Origin: Eledone cirrhosa | Lineage: Eukaryota | Direction of reading: 5' to 3' | NCBI GenBank assembly: GCA_964016885.1 | Contig: OZ024747.1 | Location: forward strand, 68,138,001 to 68,202,000 | Length of the DNA: 64,000 bases | Shown here: positions 31,983 to 45,031 of the stretch, piece after piece | Layout of the letters: each line of letters starts with the position of its first letter | Position numbering within the stretch: position 1 is the first letter of the stretch | Made by a program: the position numbers and the translations under genes | Notes under the pieces: generated by a model | The model's database searches: none | What the model was told of the DNA's origin: nothing | What the model saw: only the letters and a program-made list of their open reading frames with translations

Positions 31983-34424
31983 ATGGAAAAACAATATTTA
32001 GGAACCTCCTTAAAAAACATACCAATACCTTCTAAGGACGACTTCTTACTCCTTATGATTCAGAAAACTAATAATTTTATCAGAAGGGTTAGATGGAGAG
32101 CCTACCACTTTGATAGAAAATCTAAACAAGCAGATCGGAAATATATGTATGATTTCAACACTTACAAGAATCCACCACACAACTTTTTACTTGAAGACTT
32201 CGAGAAAGACCTTTTTAATTTAATTAAACACCTCAAATTTAAAAAGTATAAATCCGTCTTTCAAAAGGACCTTGATTCTACCCTATTGGACCTAAAAAAG
32301 TCTAAAAAAATCCATGTCCACTCGGACAAAACTGGTAACTTGTATCATATGGATATTGAACATTATAATGAGTTCATATATAAAGAACTCAGAAAAAATT
32401 ATAAAAAATCTAATAATGCGTCACTCACCAACATCAACAACAAAACACACAACATAGTAAAAAAACTAAATATTGAAGATAGAACTGAACCTTTGGCATT
32501 GAGAAGTCCACACTTCAACCTGAAAGATCACAAATCTAACTTTAACTCTAATCCTTCTATTAGACTTATATGTCCCTCCAAATCAGATATTGGAATAATT
32601 AGCAAAAAAATTTTAGATAGAGTCATCCCACAAATAAGAAAATACGTTATTTTACCACTCTGGGAAAACACCTCCCAGGTAATTAATTGGTTTAAAAATA
32701 TTAGGTGTAAATCTTCTGCTTCTTTCCTACAGTTTGATATAGATAATTATTATTCTTCTATATCACCCATACTCCTGAACAAAGCATTAATATTTGCTAA
32801 AAATAGATCTAATTTAACTTCGGATGACATTAACATTATTACACATGCTAGACAAACACTTATTGAATTTCAGAATGAATACTGGACCAGAAACACTTAT
32901 AGTAATCTTTTTGATATTACTATGGGTTCAAGCGATTCTGCCCAAATTACTGATCTTGTGGGCCTCTTTCTCCTTTTCAACATAAATGCCTCTTTTCCCC
33001 ACCTCAAAGGTGGTTTATATCGTGATGACTGTCTTCTTCTTTCTAACAACCTTAGCCTTTCAGAAATCGAAAAAAACAAAAAGCATATTAGAACTTTCCT
33101 TAAAGACTATTATAATCTTAATATTACTTTTGAAAAAACAAGTAAAGTAGTAAATTTCCTAGATATAACTTTAGATTTAGCTACGGGTATATACCAACAT
33201 TACCATAAACCTAACCAAAACTTACATTACATACACTCACAATCTAATCACCCTAAATCTATCCTTAAAAACCTTGCATATAATATATCACTTAGAATTT
33301 CTAACCTTTCTTCTAACCAAGATGTATTTGATAAAAATGCGACCTTTTATAATGAAGCTCTAGATAGAAGTGGCCACAAAAATAGATTAGAGTATATAAC
33401 TTCTACTAAAAATACTGAAAACATACAGCATAATATTACCAACAAACACCAAATGAAAAGTACACACCTAAATGCCACCCACAGTATACCCCAAAATACT
33501 AAATCTTCTAATATAAAGTATAGCAACCCTCAAAAAACTACTCATCATAAGACTATAATAAATATTAATAATAAAACTCCTAATAAAAAAGATAAAACAC
33601 CTAAATCTACAAATATAACTAAAAATAGTTGTGGTGAGATCATTAACATTATTCCTCCTAGTAAAAATCATGATACAACATATAAAAATAATAAAAATAA
33701 TAAACAACATAGAAACCGTAATAGACGAGTTACTTGGTATAATGCTCCTTTTAATTTACAAGTTAAGGATAATATTGCTAAAAAATTTTTTTATATCCTT
33801 GAGAAAAACTTCCCGCCAAACCACAAATACCATCAAATCTTAAATAGGTCTACAGTTAAATTCTCATATTCTACAACAAATAACATAAAACAAAATATAA
33901 GTGCATATAATGCATATAAATGTAAGAAAACTATAAGTATACCACCAGTACATCAAATTAACAATAATATCTCCTCAAATACAGAATTAACGAAAGGATG
34001 TAACTGTAGAAACAAAACAAACTGCCCATTAAAAGGGAATTGTCTTGTTAACAACATAGTCTATAAATGTAATGTTAAAACTAAAGATTCTATTTGCTCA
34101 TATATAGGAGCTACCTCTAACAATTTTAAGACAAGGTATAATACCCACAAACATAGCTTTAAAAATGCCGCACTGGCTAATACAACATCTCTAGCAGAAA
34201 AAATCAATAGTTATAAAAATAAAAATATAAAATATGATTTGACCTGGAGTGTGCTCAAAAGAGCCACCCCTTATCAAAATAATAGAAAGGAATGTAGATT
34301 ATGTTCCCAAGAACTATTTGAAATAATGAAGTCTAGGGATATCTTATTAAATAAAAGACAGGAATTAATTATATCGTGTAATCATAAACTAAAAAAAACA
34401 TTTAAATATTATAAACCTAATTAA
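31983..34424 (+). CDS. PLE polyprotein: reverse transcriptase plus C-terminal GIY-YIG endonuclease
   Basis: QFDIDNYY, MGSSDS, YRDD, NFLDITL, YHKP (RT); CNC-x5-CPLxGxC; IVYKC...YIGAT...FKTRY (GIY-YIG); CxLC and terminal CxH. First ATG at 31983; the frame is open from before 31962. Confidence 0.93.
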   Translation: MEKQYLGTSLKNIPIPSKDDFLLLMIQKTNNFIRRVRWRAYHFDRKSKQADRKYMYDFNTYKNPPHNFLLEDFEKDLFNLIKHLKFKKYKSVFQKDLDSTLLDLKKSKKIHVHSDKTGNLYHMDIEHYNEFIYKELRKNYKKSNNASLTNINNKTHNIVKKLNIEDRTEPLALRSPHFNLKDHKSNFNSNPSIRLICPSKSDIGIISKKILDRVIPQIRKYVILPLWENTSQVINWFKNIRCKSSASFLQFDIDNYYSSISPILLNKALIFAKNRSNLTSDDINIITHARQTLIEFQNEYWTRNTYSNLFDITMGSSDSAQITDLVGLFLLFNINASFPHLKGGLYRDDCLLLSNNLSLSEIEKNKKHIRTFLKDYYNLNITFEKTSKVVNFLDITLDLATGIYQHYHKPNQNLHYIHSQSNHPKSILKNLAYNISLRISNLSSNQDVFDKNATFYNEALDRSGHKNRLEYITSTKNTENIQHNITNKHQMKSTHLNATHSIPQNTKSSNIKYSNPQKTTHHKTIININNKTPNKKDKTPKSTNITKNSCGEIINIIPPSKNHDTTYKNNKNNKQHRNRNRRVTWYNAPFNLQVKDNIAKKFFYILEKNFPPNHKYHQILNRSTVKFSYSTTNNIKQNISAYNAYKCKKTISIPPVHQINNNISSNTELTKGCNCRNKTNCPLKGNCLVNNIVYKCNVKTKDSICSYIGATSNNFKTRYNTHKHSFKNAALANTTSLAEKINSYKNKNIKYDLTWSVLKRATPYQNNRKECRLCSQELFEIMKSRDILLNKRQELIISCNHKLKKTFKYYKPN

Positions 34425-35729
34425 TAACATTATTCTAGAATTTAATTTAATTTAAATGTTAGTTAACCTATAAATTTAATTTAATTAATATTTTATTACA
34501 GATGAGAAAATATTATGTAATCATTAATTTTGAAAAACCTTTAAATATTACTAATATATATTCAGTAATTTAATTTATAGATTAATTTTAACTTATTTTA
34601 ACCTTTTATTATAATTTTTTAATTTAGTTTAACCTTTTATTATAATTTTTTTTATTATAATTCTTTTACAGATAAAATATAACAAAATAATATCATGTAT
34701 CCTATGACGGAGAAAGAATTTTTAGTATTATTGACCTAATTAATATACATTTTGGAAATATATTTATTATTTGGTTTTAGCTTTAATCAACCTAAAACTT
34801 TAATTTTAATTTTAATTTGCTTAAAATTAGTATCCTTGTACAGACGAATTGCAGAATTTCATGTAATCATAGAATGGGAGGTGTTTTTGGATATATACCT
34901 AGTTAATATATTCTGTGCAAATTTTTTGAAAAAGATATGTATATCTATATGTATATGTATATGTGTGTATTGTATGTGTATCTGTATGTATATTTATGTG
35001 ACTATATATGTATGTATGTGTATATGTATGTATATATATATATATATATATATGTGTATGTATATGTATATGTATGTGTATGTGTATGTATATGTATATG
35101 TATGCGTATTAATTTTGATTTTTATTTGCATATAATTATATTATGCTATTGATGAAATACAATATCTGCTTTATGTATTGTATACCTAATTAACATATAC
35201 TAATTAACATATACTATTGAAATAAATATATAATTTTTAACTTAGTTAACTTATAATTTATATGCTACTACCGATGTAATACTTTATTTTATTTTTATTT
35301 GGGTTTCTTTTCCCTATTACTAAATTCATCTCCTAATATTGATACCATAACGTTATTAACTTTTATTTAGTTATAATGTAATTAATAATCTACTACTGTT
35401 TGACTTCATAATTCTGCTTCAAATATTATAAACCTAACTAATTTACACCTTGGAAATCAATATGTTGACTATCTTTGGTTTAGTTGACATATGATTAATG
35501 GTATACTTTTTTATTTTGTGATGCATAGATTTCGTATTTCCTAGCACTGAAAATATGTAAGAACATACATTGAATTAAGATATGGAAAATATTATAGGTT
35601 TCTTGAAACATATATTTACTTTGATCCCCTTCTCCAAACCCCCCCCTTTCCCCCATACTATTATCATCTGTTTTTGTAAGTGTATATGTATGAATATATG
35701 TGTAGATGGGTGTCTATATAGTTTTTTTG

Positions 35730-35765
<36 letters not shown>

Positions 35766-36260
35766 GTATTTATTTCTAAATATAAAAATACATATATGAG
35801 CATGTAAATATGAATGTATGATTGAGTGTGTATATATGATTGTACATACATATGTATGTATATATATGTATATATATGTATTATATATGTACGTGTATGT
35901 GAATGTGTGGTATATATATGTGTTTGTATATGTATATATGTGTGTGTATGTGTATGCTTGTATATAGGAATATATGTGTGTGTATATATGTATATATATG
36001 TATATGCGTGTTTGTATGTATGTGTATATGGGTTCTGTATATATTTGTATGTCTCTCTATTTATATGTTTATCTTCGTATCTATGTGATATATGTGTGTG
36101 TGTGTGCACGTATGCATATGTATGTGTTTGTGTGTGTTTGTATGTGTGTGTGTATATATATATATATGTATTTGCGCACACTCACATACACATATATATA
36201 TATATATATATATATATGTGAGTGTGTATGTGTGTCTGTATGTGTGTGCGTGTGTGTATA

Positions 36261-36291
<31 letters not shown>

Positions 36292-36319
36292 GTGTATGTA
36301 TGTGTATGTGTGTGTATAT

Positions 36320-36359
<40 letters not shown>

Positions 36360-36498
36360 ATATAGGTGTCTATGTGTGAATATATGTCTTTATTCGTATG
36401 TGTGTATTTATATATGTTTATATTTAGGTGTATGTATGTATGTGTATGTATGTATGTATATGTATGTATATGTATGTATATGTGTATATGTGTGTATA

Positions 36499-36529
<31 letters not shown>

Positions 36530-36746
36530 TATTCTTTATTATTATTGTAATATAACTTATGTGTATATGTGTATAAGTGAGGTTGTGTATGTATATATAC
36601 TATGTGTATATATAAGAGTAATGAAATATATATATATATATATATATATATGTGCATGTCTGTATTTTATGTGTGTGTGTATATATATATGTGTATGTGT
36701 GTATATATGTATGTATATATACATATATGTGTACGTGTGTGTATGT

Positions 36747-36789
<43 letters not shown>

Positions 36790-36900
36790 TGGATGTTTGT
36801 ATGTGTTTTCATGGTGGTATGAGTGTGGGATATATATGTTTGTGTATAAGTATATGTATGTGTATGTATATATATATATGAGTCTATGTGTGTGTGTATA

Positions 36901-36951
<51 letters not shown>

Positions 36952-37719
36952 ATGTGTGTATGTGTTGCGCGTGTGTGTGTCCGTATTTTTATCTTTTTAC
37001 ATGTGTATGTGTATGTTCGTGTAAATGTATGTGTGTGTATGACAGTATAGGTATGTGTGTATGTATGTATGTGTAGATATCTCTATGTGCGCGTACATGT
37101 ATGTATGTGTATGTATATCTGTATGCATATGTACATTATATTATATGTAATATATTTTATTGTTTTTATTTTTTTATTTTTCATAATTTATAGATACATT
37201 TATATTAGGCTGTCTGGTCTGACAACCTAATACTGACCCCTCCCCCCCCCTCCCACCTAATTTCTGTATCTTGATCTTGAAATGTGTGTACCAGTGTGCT
37301 TATGTGAGTGACTTAATTTCTATTTGCTTATGATTTTATATCCACATATATAAATGTGAGTGGGGGAGTGTGTGTGTTTGTGTGTTCGTGGTTATGTGTA
37401 TATTTATATATATACGCACATGTATGTGTGATTATACTGATATGTGTGAGTATGAAAAAAATATATTTATATGCTTGACTCCATAAGTATCATTGCGTAT
37501 CTTATCAGCGCATTAAGCTTACAGAGATATTAACCTTGAAATTTTTTATTTGCATCCATCTTTTTAGTATGCACATACAAATTATACACACATTATTGTA
37601 AAATGTGTGTAGGGTTTTACATGTATATACACACACCAAACTGCTTTTTAACCCTTTGTGTTTTCATTGGTCAATTTTGAACTGATATTTTGAATTGTTG
37701 TTATTATCAATAAATATAC

Positions 37720-37874
37720 TTCATTATTTCTGAAGACGGCGTATATATGAGTTAGGTATGTATATTTAATCTTGATAATTTGTATAATTTTGTATAATTT
37801 TGTACATAGATCTGTTAAATATGCATACCAATTATAACACATATATACCCTAGAAACGATCGTTAAATAGTGAA
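37720..37874 (+). ncRNA. Type I hammerhead ribozyme with a 116-nt helix II (helix III CGATCG)
   Basis: 10-bp stem I TTCATTATTT/AAATAGTGAA, CTGAAGA 37730-37736, stem II with GTATATATG/CATATATAC and GGTATGTATATTTAA/TTAAATATGCATACC, GAAA 37853-37856, CGATCG, GUU site with predicted cut after 37864. Confidence 0.85.
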
Positions 37875-37930
37875 CTTTTTTTGTTTAATATAAGGAATTG
37901 TTTGTTCATTATTTGTTTAATATTTTATCT

Positions 37931-39105
<1,175 letters not shown>

Positions 39106-39311
39106 TGGTTGCAGTGGTGTTGGTGTTAGCAATGGGTGGCATGTTGACAGAAATGACACTGTGTCAGAGTATATATATAATTTATAGGTTATATTTCTAT
39201 CTTATCTATTAGTTCTGAGTTCAAATTGTTCCAGGGATAATATCTACCTTTCACCCACCTGGCCTTCAATAAATAACAACCAGTCATGTAGTAGAGTCAA
39301 TTTATTTGGGG

Positions 39312-39972
39312 ACTCAGCTCACCCCTGTAAAGTGGTCATGTTGGTGATGGGAAGCACCTGGCACCCAGCTCACCCCTGTAACGTGGTCATGTTGGTGGCA
39401 CAACAGAAGGCGCCCAGACCTCCCTGTAAAGTGGTTGTGTTAGTGACAAAGATAAATGCTCAGTCCACGCTGTAAAGAGTTTGTGATGGAGTCACAACAA
39501 AAGCACCCAGCCCAACCTGTAAAAGGGTCATGATGGTGACATGACAAAAAGTGGCCATTTTGGTGCCAAGCACCCAGTCCACACTGTGAAGGTGTCACTT
39601 TGGTGCTGCAACAAAAAGCACTTAGTCCACAATGTGAAGTGGACATTTTGGTGTCATAACAAAAGTGCTCAGTCTTCACTATAAAGTGGTTGTTTTGGTG
39701 CCACAACAAGACGTGCCTAGTCCACACTATAAAGTAGTCATGTTTGTGACACAACAAAAAGTACCCAGTCTACACTGTAAAGTTGTCATTTTGGTGACAT
39801 AAATGGCACCCAGTCCATGCAGTAAATGTGGTCGGAATTAGGAAGGGCAAGCCAGAAACAGTTTTGTATGAGCAAGACACAATCATCTGATCTGACTTGT
39901 TTCATAATAGGTTAATTTGTCTAATCCATGCAAGCATGGAAAAATGGACGTTAAATGGTGATGATGATGATA
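39312..39972 (+). repeat. Minisatellite of about 42-45 bp expanded from the RTE/SINE tail, ending in the normal tail
   Basis: Repeats of CAAAAAGCACCCAGTCCACACTGTAAAGTGGTCATGTTGGTG, then GGAAGGGCA...GGACGTTAAA(TGA)n. Confidence 0.78.
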
Positions 39973-40776
39973 AATGTAATTCTCAAGGAGAATCAGAGTG
40001 ACATATGTGACAAGTCTGAGCCATTGAAATACAGGTAGAATCCATTTTGTATTATAGTGCAAGTGGCTGACCATTTAACAAACCTATATATCCTTAACAT
40101 AGTTCTCAAACATAATCAGCATCACACAATGTATGACAAACCTGAACATTTGAGTTACAAGTATAATCAATCCAACAGGCTTCCACATATGTTTACAATC
40201 TATCTAGTTTCACTTACAAGATTTTAAGCTGCAATATATCTGTGTCAGGGATTATGATGCCAATATTGTAACAGAAAGTTTGACACCAGGAAATAAATAA
40301 TAAATGTAAAGTAAATCCAACAGTTTTTTTTGTAGGGGGGGGGGGGGTCTTATTGAATGACTAAAATGACTCTTCCCCGATGTAAATGCCAAATCTTTCT
40401 TGACACATAACTCATGCGTTACCATATTTCTAATAAATGGCACCGCCAATTATTTTCAAATAATTGTGAAAATAATCAAGAATTTGCAAGGATCTAATTA
40501 CATAACAAATTTTCTCATTATTAATTTGGTGTTTGAAACAAAGATTCTTACATGAAATTATGGTGGAAAGTTGTTGGATAAATATAAACACTTTAAAATA
40601 AACAGCTTAGTAGTATAGAATCAAGGGGGTGGTTTGGTATCCAAAGGATTAAGGAATACAAGCACAAACAAACATACAAAAATAATGGTGTGTTGAGAAT
40701 TTTAATACAGACATATATAGATAGCTGCAGGAGAGAGGCTTCTCATTATTATAAATATATTTATTTACATAGACAC

Positions 40777-41135
40777 AAGCATGGCTGTGTGGTTAAGGAG
40801 TTTGTTTCACAACTATCTGGTTTCAGGTTCAGTCCCACTGCACAGCACCGCGGGGCAAAGTGTCTTCTACTACAGCCATGAGTAAACTAATGTCAGGTTA
40901 GTAAACTCTGGTAGACAGAACCTTCGTAGAGGCTTGTCGTACACAAGTGCGTGTGTGTGTGTCCATTTCAGTTTGTGTTTATGACTCGTAACTTAGTAAT
41001 TCGACAAAAAGAGATCGATGAAATAAATACCAGACTGGAAAAAAAAGTGTTGGCGTCGATATAATTGACTAAATCTCTTTAAGACAGTTCACCAGCATGG
41101 CCGCAGTTTAATAACTGAAACCAGTAAAAATATCA
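40777..41135 (+). mobile_element. Degenerate tRNA-derived SINE
   Basis: TGGCTGTGTGGTTAAG A box, GGTTCAGTCCC B box, GGGCAAAGTGTCTTCTAC core. Its 3' part resembles 47200-47440. Confidence 0.6.
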
Positions 41136-41303
41136 AGATAGATAATTGAATCTGACTAAAATGTGTTATTTATGAGTTACCTCCCCTTGAAAAACTCTAG
41201 CATAATCAGCAGTTCTAAGGACAGCCGAGATATGGATAATTCAAGAGCCTTTATGTCACGAGTAGCATGGTCAGTCATAAATACCAACACACATATATAC
41301 ATA

Positions 41304-41341
<38 letters not shown>

Positions 41342-41446
41342 TATGATGATCCTGTGAGTGAACAGGTGAAACTCCAGTCTAACAAACTCTCCATTTCGCC
41401 ACAATAAAGAATATAAAAATTTTACTTCAGAATTAAGAACGTCACA

Positions 41447-41494
<48 letters not shown>

Positions 41495-41734
41495 CATATA
41501 TATATACACACACACACATAACTAAATAACACGTACGCATGCATGTTAAGTGTAAACATGTAACAGTCCACACACACATGTATATACATGACACACAACA
41601 ATACCAACATAGGCACATGTGTATGTGTGTGTGTGTGTGTGTGTGTGTCGGGTTCAACAGGGGGCGGGGGTGTAACCACAGTTAGTAAGGCACTCAATAC
41701 ATCAGTAGTAAATGTAAAAGTCAGGTTGATATAT

Positions 41735-41765
<31 letters not shown>

Positions 41766-41811
41766 TAAAACTTGAAGCCATTTTTCTATATTAAATTTGT
41801 TTATATATACA

Positions 41812-43308
41812 TATCATCATCATCGTTTAACGTCCATATTCCATGCTTGCATGGGTTTGGACGGGAGTTTTCCCACTTGAGGCAAGAGTGGTTGTCTTGC
41901 TCGCATAGGACTGTCTGGCGGGTTTTCTACAGCTTGATGCCCTTCCTAACACCAACCACATTTACAGTGTGGGGCTGGGAGGTTTTTACCGTGTTACCTA
42001 CACAGCCACATTACAGCGTGGACTGTGTTTTTTTGTCGTGACACCTACACGACCTCATTTGTTTTGGCCTGGATGTTGTGGTCCCAACATAACTTTACAT
42101 TGAAAGGGGCGGTGTGGGTGAGGTGGGGGTAGTGGGACAGGGGTGTATTTTGTTAGAGGTGCCTACTGACTGTAGTAGGTTTTACTTTGTATTTAGGTAA
42201 GGCGGGTCTTCTCTATTACTGAGTACCGCCAAAGATCTCGGTCCAGTGACATTGTCTTGGAGAGGTGTAAGTGTGTGAGGTCGGAATTTATCAAGTCGTC
42301 CCAGGTTTTTCTGGGTCTGCCTACTCCGTAGCTACCGTCTATCTTTATTGCCCTGCACTTTTTTATACAGCTGTCGTCTTTCATGCACATCACGTGACCA
42401 TACCAATGTAGCCTTCTCTCGAGTAAACAACATCTGATCCCTCTAATTCTAATTTTTCCCTTAGTTCGTTAATGCTTTGCCGTTCACGTATATTACTATT
42501 ACACATCCAGCGGAGCATGCAAGCTTCGTTCCTCTCTAGTCTGCGTATATCCTCTGCACACAATGCCCAGGTCTCACTGCCATGCAACATTGCTGTTCGT
42601 ATGCAGGCATCATACAGCCTGCCTTTCATTTTTAGGGAGAACCCTTTAGCGGCTAATAGTGGTATAAGATCTCTGAACTTTTTCCATCCAGTTCTGACTC
42701 TAGCTACTGTACTTTCAGAGCACCCTCCCCCACTGCTGATTTTGTCACCTAGGTAACGGAAGCTGTCCACTATTTCTATAGAACCCTCTGTGCAATTGAA
42801 AGAGCTAGTATTTTGTGGGCACTTGCTGCTACTTATTGCACCAGAGCACCGGCTACATGTAAAATCTATGTTCTTAGTTAGCTTACCTGTGATCCCACTA
42901 CATCTTTTATGCATCCATACTTTGCATTTGGGACATAAAATGGAGTTTCTACCTACGCCTTTCCTACACACTGAGCATGGCCATTTCCCGGATGGGACCG
43001 GCGCCCTATTTTCCTTCCTACAAACTAGAACTTTAGTCTTAGCCAGGTTAATTTTAAGGCCTTTTGATTCTAGGCCGTGCTTCCATGTTTAGAATTTCTT
43101 CTCTAGTTCGGCCATTAATTCAGCTATGAGTGTTAGATCATCTGCGTATAGCAGTTCCCATGGGCAGCCGGTCTTGAACTCCTCTGTTATAGCCTGAAGG
43201 GCAATAATAAATAGTAGGGGGCTGAGAACAGAGCCCTGATGGACGCCAACTTTTACGCTAAACTCTTCACTATATTCGTTGTTAATTCTAACCTTGCTGA
43301 CTGTTTCT
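41812..43308 (-). mobile_element. RTE-clade LINE, 5'-truncated
   Basis: Reverse complement of the 14280-15780 family; ORF pieces 42390-42971 and 42193-42393. Confidence 0.93.
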
Positions 43309-43323
43309 CACAATATAGCCCTC

Positions 43324-43373
<50 letters not shown>

Positions 43374-43569
43374 GGAAAATGTTTGACCCCGACGGCAGAG
43401 CTCAAGCCGTTTCGACGGCTATTTCTGTCCAGAAACATTTTCCTATTACCCACTCTACTACCCTAAGTATTGAGTACTCTGGTGCATTATGGTCTATCTG
43501 GTTCCTTACCACACCTCCTTTGTTATATATATATATATATTTATATAAACAAATTTAATATAGAAAAAT

Positions 43570-43621
43570 GGCTTCTACAGGACTAAAACTGTTTCATTCG
43601 AATGAAATCATCAGGAAAGCC
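43570..43621 (-). ncRNA. Type I hammerhead ribozyme in a non-coding PLE-type fragment (43541-43982)
   Basis: Minus strand reads GGCTTTC / CTGATGA / TTTC-ATTC-GAAT / GAAA / CAG-N8-CTG / TA / GAAGCC. Confidence 0.8.
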
Positions 43622-43979
43622 AACTGGCAAGTGGTATTTGTAAGTTTTCTGATGGTTGGGGAAGGTGGTGATTTTGAGAATGTGTAGAGGACATTGGCTG
43701 AGGGATTTTAATGTGTCATTGTATTGTATATTTTTAGAAATATACAATACAATGACACAGATCTAAGGTTCATATTCACACTTAAATACCTATAGACACT
43801 CATACATACTGACGCCCACACATTTTTAAGGTTCATTTGTTCTAAGTAAACAAAGAGATTTCATTAAGTGGCTGTATTGTCAGGATCTGGTCAAAAATTC
43901 ATTATTAAATTTATTGTATACACTCTACTAATGTATTGAGTACCTTACTCACTGCGGTTACCCCAGATTGAACCTGGGA

Positions 43980-44054
<75 letters not shown>

Positions 44055-44264
44055 CTAAGAATACCAACACACACATATACATAACAAACCCCAAAGAAAG
44101 CCCTCATTTGTTGATTGAAGTATGACTAGAGGTTAAACAACTACAACAACAAACAGGAGCAAACAGACACTCAGGTAGACACACACATACGTTCACAAGC
44201 ACACACACATACACCCACAAGTACACAAGCACACACACATACAGGGACAGCAATGGCCACCTAC

Positions 44265-44488
44265 CTCATCTGCCGACTGCAGCATGTCTTCCGCCACATG
44301 AGATACATTATCTTTGGTCTGAGTCATCTTCCTACTAAGGTTTGCAATATGTCTCTCTTCCTTCTTGCAGGGCAACCCAACAGGTTTCTGCCCCACACTA
44401 CCATTGTTAACATCCAGCTGTACCTTGCTGCTACTAGAATCCTCTGGTGATATCATCTTTGTATCTTTCTTTCTGTCACCTGTTTCCA
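44265..44488 (-). CDS. Ig-domain gene, coding exon 7 of those found (phase 1-0), VETGDRKK...MLQSADE
   Basis: TTCAG acceptor, GTAGGT donor, open frame, phase matches the upstream exon. The next exon was not found. Confidence 0.65.
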
Positions 44489-44999
44489 CTGAATGAGTGA
44501 TTTAAAAAATAAATAAAATAACAGATATACTGTATATGTATATATGGTCCCATAACTCCTGATAGAGTCGTAGGAGCATTTTAAGCCTGGTGGAGCCCAC
44601 CCCACTCCAGGCCTGAACATAGCAGATTTCTTCCAGAGAAAGATAGAAAGTGAGAGAGAGGAAGAATTGATCCCAGTGCTAGACTGGTACTTTTTTTATC
44701 AACCTCAAAAGGATGAAAGGCAAAGTTGACTTCGGCCGGATTTGAACTCAGAGAGCAGGAACATTCTCTCCAACGTTCTAATGACTCTGCCACCACCTAT
44801 ACTTCAATATAAATATATATCATCATTGTTGTTTTAATGTCTGCTTTCCCAGCTAGTAAGGGTTTTATATATATATATATATATAATATATATATATATA
44901 TATGGGAGTTTATTTAACATTACCTATTGAGTACGCTGAGATATAACTGGTCCTAACAGTGAAACCCATGCTAGTTCCGTCAACTTATTATTATTATAT

Positions 45000-45031
<32 letters not shown>

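Larger units (their letters stand above)
31488..37930 (+). mobile_element. Complete Penelope-like element (Naiad-like) with inverted 5' pseudo-LTR
   Basis: 140-bp inverted repeat 31488-31627/31691-31830. The spacer region 31623-31687 is the reverse complement of the 3' end 37866-37930. Intact ORF, 3.5-kb 3' UTR, hammerhead at 37720-37874, (TA)n on both sides. Confidence 0.92.

Noticed and set aside
39312-39830. CRISPR-like array of regularly spaced repeats
   Set aside because: Units are degenerate tandem copies of a retroposon tail with no unique spacers, no cas genes and a eukaryotic context.
41181-41430. Further exon of the Ig gene
   Set aside because: A donor-like site exists at 41180, but no acceptor gives an open frame compatible with the phase-0 end of exon 44265.
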